Assembly: GCA_947571605.1 (NCBI GenBank)
Contig: CANOYV010000003.1
Span: 3,976-67,975 of the forward strand
Direction: 5' to 3'
From: an uncultured bacterium
Lineage (GTDB): Bacteria > Bacillota > Clostridia > Oscillospirales > Oscillospiraceae
Length of the DNA: 64,000 nt
Shown: positions 1 through 11,781 of the stretch, piece by piece
Position numbering within the stretch: the first letter of the stretch is position 1
Layout of the letters: every line of letters begins with the position of its first letter
Notes under the pieces: model-generated
What the model saw: the letters and a program-made list of their open reading frames with translations, nothing else
Told to the model about the DNA's origin: nothing
Databases searched by the model: none
Translations under genes and position numbers: made by a program

Positions 1-143
1 CGCTCCTCCGCGTAAACCCGCAGCTCGCCGCGCAGCTCGTTGAACATGGCCTCGTTGTCATACAGCTCCATATACAGCCAGCGCAGCTCGTCCATATGGC
101 GCCCCAGCCGGGCCTGGAACAGGGCCTCCTCTTTCTTCGTCAT
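1..143 (-). CDS. Amylosucrase-like GH13 glycoside hydrolase, N-terminal part (runs off window)
   Basis: Manual translation from ATG 143: MTKKEEALFQARLGRHMDELRWLYMELYDNEAMF resembles amylosucrase N-termini; directly downstream of the sucrose PTS gene. Confidence 0.65.
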   Translation of the reverse strand, partial: MTKKEEALFQARLGRHMDELRWLYMELYDNEAMFNELRGELRVYAEE

Positions 144-184
144 GAATTGCACCTCTTTCCCCATCTGGGATGGGTTTGATTTGG

Positions 185-2086
185 TTATTTGACCTGGATG
201 ACCTGCTCCAACGCCTTGCAGGGGCCGGGTTGGATGGAAACATCCCCGTAGTCGTCGGAGTTGGTCACCAGCACCGCCACCACGTCCGTGTGGCCGGCGG
301 CGGCGATCTTGTCCCGGTCAAACACGATGAGCTTGTCGCCCGCCTTCACCTGCTGCCCCTCCTGAACAAAGCAGGTAAAGCCGTCTCCGTTCATGGCCAC
401 CGTGTCCACGCCCACGTGGATGAGCAGCTCCATGCCGTCGGGAGAGGAGAGGCCCACCGCGTGCCTGGTCTCCGCCACGGTGGAAATTTCCCCGTCGAAG
501 GGGGCGACCACCACACCCTCGCTGGGCCGGATGCCCACGCCCCGTCCCAGGACGCCTGCGGCAAAGGTCTCGTCAGGGATCTCCTCAGAGGGGATGGCGG
601 CGCCGGACACGGGGGCGTACACCGTGCCGGGCTCACAGTGGATGGAAGGAAGGGTGGGGTCGGGCTGGGCCGGAGCGGCCTTCTTGGCCTCAGCGGGTTC
701 TGCGTCCTGATAGCCGAACATCCAGGTCAGCACAAAAGCCACGCCGATGGAGATGGCGGCCATGATGATGTAGTTGATGGGGTCATGGAGGCACAGCAGC
801 AGGCCGAACAGGCCGGTAACTCCGGTGCCGCTGGCGCCCAGGCCCACCAGGGAGGCGTACATGGCGCCCGCCGCGCCGCCGACGGCGCCGCAGACGAAGG
901 GCTTGAAGTAGCGCAGGTTTACGCCGAAGATGGCGGGCTCGGTGATGCCCATGAAGCAGGACAGCGCGGAGGGCAGCGCCACGGATTTGGTCTTGCCGTT
1001 CTTGGTCTTGAGGGCCACGGCCAGAGTAGCCGCGCCCTGGGCCATATTGGCGGCGGAGGCCAGGGGAAGCCAGTAGGTCACGTTATAGCTGGACAACTGG
1101 CCCACGTCAATGACGGTGTACATATGATGGATGCCCGCCACCACGGTGGTGGAGTACAGGCCGCCCATGATGAGGCTGCCGATGCCGAAGGGCAGGGCGA
1201 TCAGGGCCTGGATACCGCCGATGATGCCGTGCTCAATGGTGGAGAAGATGGGGCCGATGATGGACAGAGTCAGGTAGCCGGTGACGAACACGCTGACCAG
1301 AGGGGTGACGAACAGGTCGAACATGGCGGGGACGATCTTATGCAGGCGCTTCTCAAGGAAGCACATCACCCACACGGCGATGATGACCGGGATGACGCTG
1401 CCCTGGTAGCCCACCATGTTCACCTCATAGAGGCCGAACCACACCTTTTGGGTCTGCAAGACGCCCTCCGTCGCCACGGTCCAGGCGTTTTGCAGGTTGG
1501 GGTGGATCATAATCATGCCGATGACCGCGCCCAGATACGGGTTGCCGCCGAAGGCCTTGCCCGCGCTGTAGGCGATGAGGATGGGCAGGAAGGTATAGGC
1601 GGTGTTGGCGAACAGGTTGGCGAACACATAGATGGAGCCGGAGGTGTCGATGTTCAAAAAGTCGTTGTTCACCATGAAGTTCAGCGCCTCCATGATGCCC
1701 ATGAGGAAGCCGCTGGCCACGATGGCGGGGATGATGGGGACGAAGATATCGCCCAGAGTCTTGATGGCCCGCTTGAACATGTTCTGCTGGGCGGCGGCCG
1801 CAGCCTTGACCTCCTCTTTGGTAGCGGCGGACAGGCCGGTGATGGCGATGAACTCATCGTAGACCTTATTCACCGTGCCGGTACCCAGGATGATCTGGAG
1901 CTGTCCGGAGGCACTGAACACACCCTTCACGCCGTCCACGTCCTCCAGGGCTTTCATGTCGATCTTGCCGTTGTCCACGGTGACCAGCCGCAGGCGGGTG
2001 GCGCAGTGCGCCGCGCTCACCAGGTTTTCCCGTCCGCCCAGCAGGTCGAAGATATCCTGGGCGCACTTTTTGTAATCCAGTGCCAT
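185..2086 (-). CDS. scrA: PTS sucrose-family EIIBCA component
   Basis: EIIB HCATRLR motif, hydrophobic EIIC, EIIA with HAVG and LIHVGVDTV motifs; GGAGG RBS before ATG 2086. Confidence 0.88.
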   Translation of the reverse strand: MALDYKKCAQDIFDLLGGRENLVSAAHCATRLRLVTVDNGKIDMKALEDVDGVKGVFSASGQLQIILGTGTVNKVYDEFIAITGLSAATKEEVKAAAAAQQNMFKRAIKTLGDIFVPIIPAIVASGFLMGIMEALNFMVNNDFLNIDTSGSIYVFANLFANTAYTFLPILIAYSAGKAFGGNPYLGAVIGMIMIHPNLQNAWTVATEGVLQTQKVWFGLYEVNMVGYQGSVIPVIIAVWVMCFLEKRLHKIVPAMFDLFVTPLVSVFVTGYLTLSIIGPIFSTIEHGIIGGIQALIALPFGIGSLIMGGLYSTTVVAGIHHMYTVIDVGQLSSYNVTYWLPLASAANMAQGAATLAVALKTKNGKTKSVALPSALSCFMGITEPAIFGVNLRYFKPFVCGAVGGAAGAMYASLVGLGASGTGVTGLFGLLLCLHDPINYIIMAAISIGVAFVLTWMFGYQDAEPAEAKKAAPAQPDPTLPSIHCEPGTVYAPVSGAAIPSEEIPDETFAAGVLGRGVGIRPSEGVVVAPFDGEISTVAETRHAVGLSSPDGMELLIHVGVDTVAMNGDGFTCFVQEGQQVKAGDKLIVFDRDKIAAAGHTDVVAVLVTNSDDYGDVSIQPGPCKALEQVIQVK

Positions 2087-2107
2087 ATGTATTCCTCCCA
2101 TTCAATT

Positions 2108-2139
2108 TGAAATCGAATCCACTAGTGAAATCAATTTCA
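2108..2139. promoter_or_regulatory. LacI-family (ScrR) operator pair upstream of the PTS gene
   Basis: TGAAATCGAATCCA (2108-2121) and TGAAATCAATTTCA (2126-2139); same palindrome recurs at 2226, 3092 and 3262. Confidence 0.7.
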
Positions 2140-2225
2140 TATCATGGTTGAATTATAACAAACGGCAAGGTCTGTGTAAATTGATGACTTCTCCAAATCT
2201 TTGCGGCTCATTTTGTGCATAATAA

Positions 2226-2239
2226 TGAAACCGATTTCA
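2226..2239. promoter_or_regulatory. LacI-family operator
   Basis: TGAAACCGATTTCA palindrome with central CG, typical of LacI-family sites. Confidence 0.7.
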
Positions 2240-3067
2240 CATCAGCCTGTGCGCCTGAAACGCCCGGTAAAGGCCGTCCTCCCCCACCGGGGCGCACACC
2301 TCGTCGGCGGCTTTTTTCAGCGTCTCGCTGCCGTTGCCCATACAGATTCCCACCCCCGCAGCCCGGATCATCTCCAGATCGTTCATGCTGTCCCCAAACG
2401 CTACCGTATTCTCAATGGGAATGTCCAGATATGCACACAGCCGCTCCACGGCCATCCCCTTGTTGAAGGCTTTGTTGATGAGCTCGCCGTTAATCGCGCC
2501 AAGCTGGTCCGTGCCTTGTATGCAGAAGTCGAAGCCGTCCCCCAACACCTGCATGGGCTCCCGCAACCCGCCGGCGTCGCGGCTCACAAACCCGATCTTA
2601 TAGACGGGTTCCCCCCCATACTCCGCCATGGGGCGAATGCCCAGCTCGCTTTCGATCTGTTCCCGCCAGCGCAACAGCTCGCTGTTGCCTCCGGCCTGGG
2701 CGCTTTCCCGCAGAAAGTCCTTGAAGCTCTCATCGGTATAGCTGTGATCCTTGCCCTCCACCGTGCGGAATACGCCGTTGCGCTGGAAAACATCCATGGC
2801 CGTGCCGCACTGCTCCGCGGTCATGGGGTGGTCGTAGACCACCTGCCCGCCATATTCGATATAGCCCCCCGCGCTGCCCACCAGGCCGTCAAAGCCGTAG
2901 CGCAGCAGCGGGGAGAGCATCCCATAGTTGCGTCCGGAGCACAGAACCACCTTGTGGCCGTTGTCCCGCGCCTTGCGGACCGCCTCAACAGCGGAGGCGG
3001 GGGGCACGTTTTTCCCCGGCTCGGTAAGGGTCCCGTCAATATCCAGAAAAATCAGCTTGCATTCCAT
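2237..3067 (-). CDS. Cof-type HAD-IIB phosphatase
   Basis: DIDGTL motif I, SGR, and GDSMND motif IV; RBS AGGAGG before ATG 3067. Confidence 0.88.
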   Translation of the reverse strand: MECKLIFLDIDGTLTEPGKNVPPASAVEAVRKARDNGHKVVLCSGRNYGMLSPLLRYGFDGLVGSAGGYIEYGGQVVYDHPMTAEQCGTAMDVFQRNGVFRTVEGKDHSYTDESFKDFLRESAQAGGNSELLRWREQIESELGIRPMAEYGGEPVYKIGFVSRDAGGLREPMQVLGDGFDFCIQGTDQLGAINGELINKAFNKGMAVERLCAYLDIPIENTVAFGDSMNDLEMIRAAGVGICMGNGSETLKKAADEVCAPVGEDGLYRAFQAHRLM

Positions 3068-3091
3068 AGCGGCCTCCTGTCGGCATCGTGA

Positions 3092-3105
3092 TGAAATTGA
3101 TTTCA
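3092..3105. promoter_or_regulatory. LacI-family operator upstream of the HAD gene
   Basis: TGAAATTGATTTCA. Confidence 0.65.
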
Positions 3106-3251
3106 TCTCAAATGATAGCAGAAAGCTCCTCTCGGTGCAAGGGGAAGAGCCACCGTTGCTTTCGCCAAATATTTGCTGCAAAATTTAGCGAATATGCCCA
3201 ATCTCTCGGGAAAGTTTGCGCCGCAGCCCACTGGAAATCCGGCTGGACTTG

Positions 3252-3275
3252 TGATATAATGTGAAATAGATTTCA
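3252..3275 (+). promoter_or_regulatory. Extended -10 promoter plus operator of the LacI regulator (autoregulation)
   Basis: TATAAT at 3255-3260 with TG upstream, followed by TGAAATAGATTTCA (3262-3275). Confidence 0.6.
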
Positions 3276-3291
3276 AAAACAGGAGGCGCCT

Positions 3292-4275
3292 ATGAACATC
3301 GCGGATATCGCCAAGCTGGCGGGGGTGTCCCCCTCTGCCGTTTCCCGCTACTTGAATCAGGGCTATCTGTCCCAGGAGAAGAAAGAGGCCATCCGCAAGG
3401 TGATCGAGGAGACGGGCTACCGCCCGCTGGCCCAGGCCCAGGCCCTGCGCACCCGCAGGACCAAGACCATCGGCGTAGTTCTGCCCAAAATCGACTCCTT
3501 CTCCGTCAGCAGCGTCATGGCGGGCATCGACTCCGTGCTGGAGCAGAGGGGTTTCCAGATCCTGCTGGCGGACACCCACAACGACCCGCTCAAAGAGCTG
3601 GACTATCTGGACAGCTTTGACGACCAGCGGGTGGACGGCGTGATCCTGATCGGCACCGTGTTCACCGCCAGGCACATCGCCACGCTGAAAAAAAGCCGGG
3701 TCCCGGTGGTGGTGGTGGGCCAGCAGTTGCCCGGCGCGTCCTGCGTATACCACGACGACTACCACGCCTTTTATGACATCACCACGCTACTGGTGGCCAA
3801 GGGCTGCCGCACGCTGGGGTTCATCGGCGCGCTGCCCCAGGACAAGGCTGCGGGCCAGGAGCGCAGCCGGGCCTATTGCGATGCCCTGCGGGACGCCGGG
3901 CTGGAGGACCAGGCTGGACACACGGCCGTGGCCGGGTTCAGCGCCTCCTCCGGGCGGGAGAAGGCCCAGGAACTGCTGGAGACATACGGCCCGCTGGACG
4001 CGCTGGTGTGCGCCACCGACTCCATGGCGGTGGGGGCGCTGCAATACCTGAAAAGCCTGGGCCTGCGGGTGCCGGAGGACATCCGGCTTACCGGGCAGGG
4101 AGGCTCCGACCTGTGCGGGATGACCACCCCCACCATCACCACCATCCGCTACTTCTACGAGGACAGCGGGGCCAACGCCGCCGTCCTGCTGCTGGAGCGG
4201 CTGGAACACCCGGATGCTCCGGCAAAGGAGATCAAGTTGGGTTACCAAATTGTAGAAAACGAGTCCAGCCGGTAA
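3292..4275 (+). CDS. scrR: LacI-family transcriptional regulator (ScrR-like)
   Basis: N-terminal IADIAKLAGVSPSAVSRYLN HTH and sugar-binding domain; adjacent to sucrose PTS. Confidence 0.8.
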   Translation: MNIADIAKLAGVSPSAVSRYLNQGYLSQEKKEAIRKVIEETGYRPLAQAQALRTRRTKTIGVVLPKIDSFSVSSVMAGIDSVLEQRGFQILLADTHNDPLKELDYLDSFDDQRVDGVILIGTVFTARHIATLKKSRVPVVVVGQQLPGASCVYHDDYHAFYDITTLLVAKGCRTLGFIGALPQDKAAGQERSRAYCDALRDAGLEDQAGHTAVAGFSASSGREKAQELLETYGPLDALVCATDSMAVGALQYLKSLGLRVPEDIRLTGQGGSDLCGMTTPTITTIRYFYEDSGANAAVLLLERLEHPDAPAKEIKLGYQIVENESSR

Positions 4276-4292
4276 ACGATTCGTGCGGTTTT

Positions 4293-4418
4293 CGATAACA
4301 GCGGGGAACCCCTTCCCCAGCGGGACAGCTCGAACCAGGAGAAGCAGAACGGATAAGGTTTCTGCCCGCCTTGGTCTGAACTATCCCGCTGGGAGAAGGG
4401 GTTCCCCGCTGTTTATCG
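4293..4418. repeat. Long palindromic REP-like element, family 1 copy A; likely bidirectional terminator
   Basis: About 36-38 bp imperfect inverted arms (4293-4328 / 4381-4418); core homologous to 9480-9594 in the opposite orientation. Confidence 0.7.
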
Positions 4419-4426
4419 TTCTGGAA

Positions 4427-7021
<2,595 letters not shown>

Positions 7022-7129
7022 GGTGAAATTCACTCTCCTTTGGGCGGTTGGGAAGCCCACCGCCTGTCTGTCATTTCATTTACTAGTATACCCCGTCCCT
7101 CCCAAAATTCATGAACTGCCTGTAAACAA

Positions 7130-7156
7130 TTAGCACTCTACTCACGAGAGTGCTAA
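7130..7156. promoter_or_regulatory. CIRCE element (HrcA operator)
   Basis: Perfect TTAGCACTC-N9-GAGTGCTAA upstream of clpB. Confidence 0.95.
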
Positions 7157-7162
7157 TCCAAT

Positions 7163-7816
7163 TTATTTACATAATTCCAGAAACGACCGGAATATTTTTT
7201 CGCCGTCCACTGTATCGGGCCGGGCCAGCGCCCCCGTCATCCGCTCCGGGTGGAACTGGACGGAAATCAGTGGCAGGCTTTCGTGCTCCACCGCCTCCAT
7301 AACGCCGCCCTCGGACCAGGCCGTCACCCGCAGCCCTCGGCCCAGCCGCCCTAAACCCTGGTGGTGGCTGCTGTTCACCGGGAACACCGGGCCGTACAGG
7401 CGGCGAAGCAGCGATCCCTCCGCCGCACGCACCGGATGAACCTGGTCGCCCTCCTCTCTTTGGTGGAAGAGAACCAACTCCGGGCTCAGATTCTGAATCA
7501 AGTCGCCCCCCAACCACACGTTGACCACCTGATGTCCCCGGCAGATGGCCAGCACCGGCCTCCCGGCTGCGCAGAACACGTTGAGCAAGGCCAGTTCCGC
7601 CTCGTCCCGGGCCCGGTCAATGCCCCGTGAGGCTGTGTTCCCCTGACCGAACAAGGCCGGGTCCATGTCGTCCCCCCCCACCAGAATCAGGCCGTCATAA
7701 GACAGGTCAGGGGCGGGGAGGTAACGCGCTTCCCCCGCACCCCCGGCGGCCTCGACGGCGGCCAGATAGTTGGCGGCGTCCCCTCCGCCGGTGGACAGCA
7801 AAATCTTCGGCCTCAT
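7163..7816 (-). CDS. Class I glutamine amidotransferase-like / gamma-glutamyl-GABA hydrolase (peptidase C26) family protein
   Basis: GG-D, AICRGHQ nucleophile Cys, and VQFHPE motifs; start overlaps the spoVB stop (ATGA). Confidence 0.82.
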   Translation of the reverse strand: MRPKILLSTGGGDAANYLAAVEAAGGAGEARYLPAPDLSYDGLILVGGDDMDPALFGQGNTASRGIDRARDEAELALLNVFCAAGRPVLAICRGHQVVNVWLGGDLIQNLSPELVLFHQREEGDQVHPVRAAEGSLLRRLYGPVFPVNSSHHQGLGRLGRGLRVTAWSEGGVMEAVEHESLPLISVQFHPERMTGALARPDTVDGEKIFRSFLELCK

Positions 7817-9354
7817 AATGCGCTCCTCTTCCTTTTGAAGTATACCCCAAACCTGGCAAACAGGTCGGTGACGGACACCCCCTGGGCCAGCAGGGCGGCG
7901 GCGTACATCACCGCGCCCAGCGCCGTGCAGGCCAGCGACGCCCAGCCGTGGCCGCAGCCCGCGTCGATCATGGCGCGGAACATCAAGTTGCACCACAGCC
8001 CCATCAGCACCGCCGCCAGCGCGGGGCGGACAAACCATTCAAACGCCTTGGCCCGCAGCCCCGCGGCCCGCAGGACGGAGGCCAGGTTCAGCCCTGCCCC
8101 GGCCAGGCCCGAGGCCACGAATCCCGCCGCGAACCCCGCCAGCCCAAACCGGGACACGGCAAAAAACGTAAACGCCAACTGCACTATGTCGCTGAGGATG
8201 GCGTTCCGGGCAGCTTTTCCCTGGAGCCCCAGGCCGTTCAGCGCCCCGGACAGCACCGATTGGTAGCACCCCAGCAGCGTCCCCACCGCCAAGGGCAGGA
8301 TCAGCTCCCCCACCCGCTCGTCCCGGAACATCGCCGCCCCCACCGTGGGACCGATCACCGTCAGCAGAGCCATGGCCGGGGCCATCAGCAGGGAGGTGGC
8401 CGACATCACCCGGTCCAGGAACCCCCCCGCCGCCCGCCGGTCCCCCTGGGCAGTGCGCCGGGACAGGTCGGGCACCATCACCAGGCACAGTGCCCCGATG
8501 AAGCCCGTGGGCAGCCCCAGCATGGGCAGGGTCATGCCGCACAGCACCCCGAACTCGGACATGGCCTCCGGTAAGGCCATGCCACCCTCCACCAGCTTGG
8601 CGGGGATGAGCACCGAGTTGGCGGAATTTAACAGCGTCCCCAGCAGGGAAGTCGCCCCCACCGGCACGGCGATGGCCATGAGCCGTTTCCCACTGATCTC
8701 CACCCCGGGCGCCCCCGGAGGAAAACGCCTCCAATGCCGGCGGAACAGCAGGGTCAGCGCACCGGCGGAAAACACCTCGCACAGCACCATACCCAGGGCA
8801 ATGACGCCCACCGTCTCCTCGGCGCTCCGGGGCAGCAAGGCCGCCAGAAGCAGCAGCACCGCCCCCGCCCGGATGAGCTGCTCGGCGGTCTCCACGGCGG
8901 CGGGGGGGCGTACCCGGCCAATGCCGTAAAAGCAGTGCTTGTGGAGGTTCTCCACCCCGGTGAGCAGCATACAGGGCACCATCACCACCACCCCCAGGCG
9001 GGTCCGGGCGTCCCCCAGCAGGTAGACGGAGATGGGGTCGGACAGCGCCGCCACCGCCAGCCCCAGAGGAACGGCCAGCAGGAAAAAGTTTCTCAGCGCC
9101 CGGCGAAGCACCAGCTTCACGGCGCCGCTGTCCCCCAGGGCGTGGTAGCGGGCGGACATGGTGGACACCGCCACCGTCAGCCCCACGGCGGTCACCGACA
9201 TGAGCATAGAGTACACCGGCATCACCAGTTGATATAACCCCATAGTCTCGGCTCCGATGAGCCGGGACAGGGCCATACGGTACAAAAACCCCACCACCTG
9301 AGAGAACAGCCCGGTGGCGGTGAGCAGCAGCGTTCCGGCCAATATGGTGGACAA
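7813..9354 (-). CDS. spoVB: SpoVB/MurJ-like MOP-family flippase
   Basis: Multi-TM protein starting LAGTLLLTATGLFSQVVGFLYR...IGAETMGLYQL; TTG start with AAAGGAGG RBS. Confidence 0.75.
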   Translation of the reverse strand: MSTILAGTLLLTATGLFSQVVGFLYRMALSRLIGAETMGLYQLVMPVYSMLMSVTAVGLTVAVSTMSARYHALGDSGAVKLVLRRALRNFFLLAVPLGLAVAALSDPISVYLLGDARTRLGVVVMVPCMLLTGVENLHKHCFYGIGRVRPPAAVETAEQLIRAGAVLLLLAALLPRSAEETVGVIALGMVLCEVFSAGALTLLFRRHWRRFPPGAPGVEISGKRLMAIAVPVGATSLLGTLLNSANSVLIPAKLVEGGMALPEAMSEFGVLCGMTLPMLGLPTGFIGALCLVMVPDLSRRTAQGDRRAAGGFLDRVMSATSLLMAPAMALLTVIGPTVGAAMFRDERVGELILPLAVGTLLGCYQSVLSGALNGLGLQGKAARNAILSDIVQLAFTFFAVSRFGLAGFAAGFVASGLAGAGLNLASVLRAAGLRAKAFEWFVRPALAAVLMGLWCNLMFRAMIDAGCGHGWASLACTALGAVMYAAALLAQGVSVTDLFARFGVYFKRKRSAL

Positions 9355-9479
9355 AACCTAGCCCTCCTTTACAGGATGAGTTCTCATTCATCCTATGAAG
9401 GAGGGCTTGTCAGACATGCCCGGCGTTCCCGATGAGGCGGCGGGCATCCCCCTGCGGGGACGGTTGGAACCGGGAGCAG

Positions 9480-9594
9480 AGGGGCGGAGTATCCTTCCTC
9501 TGTGGGGACAGTTCAGACCAGGCCGGGTAGAAACCTTATTCTTTCTGCATGTCCTGTTCGAGTCGTCCCCACAGAGGAAGGATACTCCGCCCCT
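9480..9594. repeat. REP/REPIN-like element, family 1 copy B
   Basis: Perfect 30-bp inverted arms 9480-9509 / 9565-9594, GTAG at the end on the minus strand, nested inside further inverted repeats. Confidence 0.75.
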
Positions 9595-9662
9595 ACAAAA
9601 CGCGGCAGCATAAGCCGTCCCCGCAGGGGAGGGAGATGCCTCCCCCCATGCGAGCAGGGTGG

Positions 9663-10511
9663 TTACCGGTCCGTCAGGCGGGTCAGCGCCCCGGTGACAC
9701 AGTCCAGGTAGTAGTCCGCCGTGTCGGTGCTCACCAGCCACACCGGGACCAACCGCACCCCGCCGGACAGGGACTGGACCGTCCCCCGGTACCCCGCCTC
9801 CATGGATCGGATGGCGGTACACACATCGCCCGCGGAGGTAATCTCCTCGGAAAAGCGCATCAGCGCCGTGGGCAGGGTCAGGCATTTCCCCGCCTCCGCC
9901 GTTCCGACCTGGGCGGTGAGCAGCGTGCCCTGAACGGAGTTTAACAGGGTATTATCATCATATACGAACTCCACCTCGCAGGAGAACAACGGCACGCCGT
10001 TCCATATCTGCCGGAAGCGCACCCTCGTCCATTCCCCTTCCTCAGCCACATCTACTTGCGCCCCGTCGATTCCCATCTTCTTCAGCAGGCCGGCGGCGTG
10101 GCGCTCCGGCCCGCCGTCAGCCAACAGGTTCGGGTTGTCGGCCATTTTCGCCGACAATTCGCCGCCTGCCCGGACACTTAACTCGCCGTTGCCGTTCTGA
10201 TAGAGGTACAAACCGCCCCCCTGGTTTTCCACCTGGACGGTTCCTTTGCCCAGCAGGGCCTGGGCCAGTTGGAGTTCCCGGTTTAAATCCCGCTCCACCG
10301 CCATGGGAGCCAGCCCATCGGCGGAATCGAGGGCATTCGGGTCCACCTGAACGCCGCTGTTTTTCAGCACCTGTACCGTCTGCTCCAAGGCCAGGCGCTC
10401 GTACCGGGCGGACTCCTCTTTCCGGGCCCCCACCAGCACCAGCAAAAAGCCGTTGACCACCAGCAGAATCAGGATGATGATATTTTTCAGCTTGGGCCAC
10501 TCCATACCCAT
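9663..10511 (-). CDS. YycI-like two-component regulatory protein
   Basis: MEWPKLKNIIILILLVVNGFLL N-terminal anchor; last gene of a walR-walK-yycH-like operon. Confidence 0.6.
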   Translation of the reverse strand: MGMEWPKLKNIIILILLVVNGFLLVLVGARKEESARYERLALEQTVQVLKNSGVQVDPNALDSADGLAPMAVERDLNRELQLAQALLGKGTVQVENQGGGLYLYQNGNGELSVRAGGELSAKMADNPNLLADGGPERHAAGLLKKMGIDGAQVDVAEEGEWTRVRFRQIWNGVPLFSCEVEFVYDDNTLLNSVQGTLLTAQVGTAEAGKCLTLPTALMRFSEEITSAGDVCTAIRSMEAGYRGTVQSLSGGVRLVPVWLVSTDTADYYLDCVTGALTRLTDR

Positions 10512-10518
10512 CCCCCTC

Positions 10519-11781
10519 TCATGCCGCCACCCAGTCCGGCTCCAGCTCAGCCCCGCCGCCGTCCCGGTACTGGATGACCAGCTCCCGCCGCTGGTCCGTC
10601 AGGTCGGGCAGCATCGCCGCCGCTTTGTCTACGGGCAACAGCAGCGTGCGTTCCCCGTTGGCGGCATAGCTTCGGAACCGGAGGGTGAACTGAACGATAT
10701 ACCCGTCCCGCACCACAAACTCCGCCGCCCAGCCCTCGCTGCCCAGGTGCACCGCGCCGCCCCCCAACAGGTAGCCAAACCGGACCCGAAGCCCGTCCCC
10801 GTCCTCCCGGGCGGACATGAGGTACAGCCTTGCCTCGCCGCACAGCGCCCCCAGGGTCGCTTCCGCCAGAACCCGGGCGGCCTCCACCCCGCCGGCCAGA
10901 CCGCTGCCCGCAGGATACTTCTCCCCCTGGGCGGCCCGGTAGGACACGGTGCCGCTATCGCTGACCACCAGGCGGTCACCGCCGTCCAGATACACCTCTC
11001 CGCCGCTGACCGGGGCATGGTTCTGGCTGTTGAAGGACAGTGCCGACAGCACCAACCCTTGGGTCTCCCCCGTCAGGGGGAAGCTCGCGTTGTACCGCGC
11101 CCCGTTCTGTTCACCTTCCGTAATCAGCGTGTAGGGGGCCAGACGGTCCGCCAGCGCCTCGTTCTCAAAGGCGAAATAGGCCCCGTTGGGGGCGGCCCCC
11201 TCCACCACCGGGTCCAGGTTCAGGCTCTGGGTCAGGGCGGTGGAACAGGAGAAAAATGCTTCGTCAAGCCCGTCCTGCCAGCACAAGAGCACCTGGTCGT
11301 CCTCCCCCGCGCACAGCATCACCCGACGGGCGGAACCCTCCAGGGCCTGCTCCCCCGGCCCCTGGAGCCAGTGCTCCAAGGCGGACAAGGGCACGTCCCC
11401 CTGAAAGTCAAAATAGACGCTCCGGCCGCTCAGATGCCGCCGCCAATCCTCCTCCTCCATGGGCTGGGGCTGGCCCGCAGAGGCCAGCGCGTCCCCCAGC
11501 AGGGCCCCCAGAGGCGGGAATTGTTCCTCCAGGCGGACCTCCTCGTACTGAATGCCGCAGCGGCCTCCCACCCCGGTAATGGCCAGCCGCGCGGGGAGTA
11601 TGGCCACCGCGCCCTCCCCGCCGGAAGCCCCCGTCCCCGGGCTCTCCTTGGGGGCGAACAGCTCCATGACCCCGCTGTCCTGGACCAGGGGCGTCATGGA
11701 CAGCAGGTATACGGCAGTCAGGGTCAGCAGGATCATGAGCGCGTCCTTCCCCAGCTCGATCCAGCGCCGCTTATTCCTCAT
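10519..11781 (-). CDS. YycH-like membrane-anchored extracytoplasmic protein
   Basis: Single N-terminal TM (IELGKDALMILLTLTAVYL); position directly after the kinase. Confidence 0.55.
   Translation of the reverse strand: MRNKRRWIELGKDALMILLTLTAVYLLSMTPLVQDSGVMELFAPKESPGTGASGGEGAVAILPARLAITGVGGRCGIQYEEVRLEEQFPPLGALLGDALASAGQPQPMEEEDWRRHLSGRSVYFDFQGDVPLSALEHWLQGPGEQALEGSARRVMLCAGEDDQVLLCWQDGLDEAFFSCSTALTQSLNLDPVVEGAAPNGAYFAFENEALADRLAPYTLITEGEQNGARYNASFPLTGETQGLVLSALSFNSQNHAPVSGGEVYLDGGDRLVVSDSGTVSYRAAQGEKYPAGSGLAGGVEAARVLAEATLGALCGEARLYLMSAREDGDGLRVRFGYLLGGGAVHLGSEGWAAEFVVRDGYIVQFTLRFRSYAANGERTLLLPVDKAAAMLPDLTDQRRELVIQYRDGGGAELEPDWVAA

Noticed and set aside
170-2110. 646-aa plus-strand ORF, and similar long antisense ORFs (14891-17500, 49866-52469, 53848-55578, 11552-13366, 35533-37110)
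   Set aside because: Shadow frames opposite well-supported genes in GC-rich DNA; no recognisable motifs.
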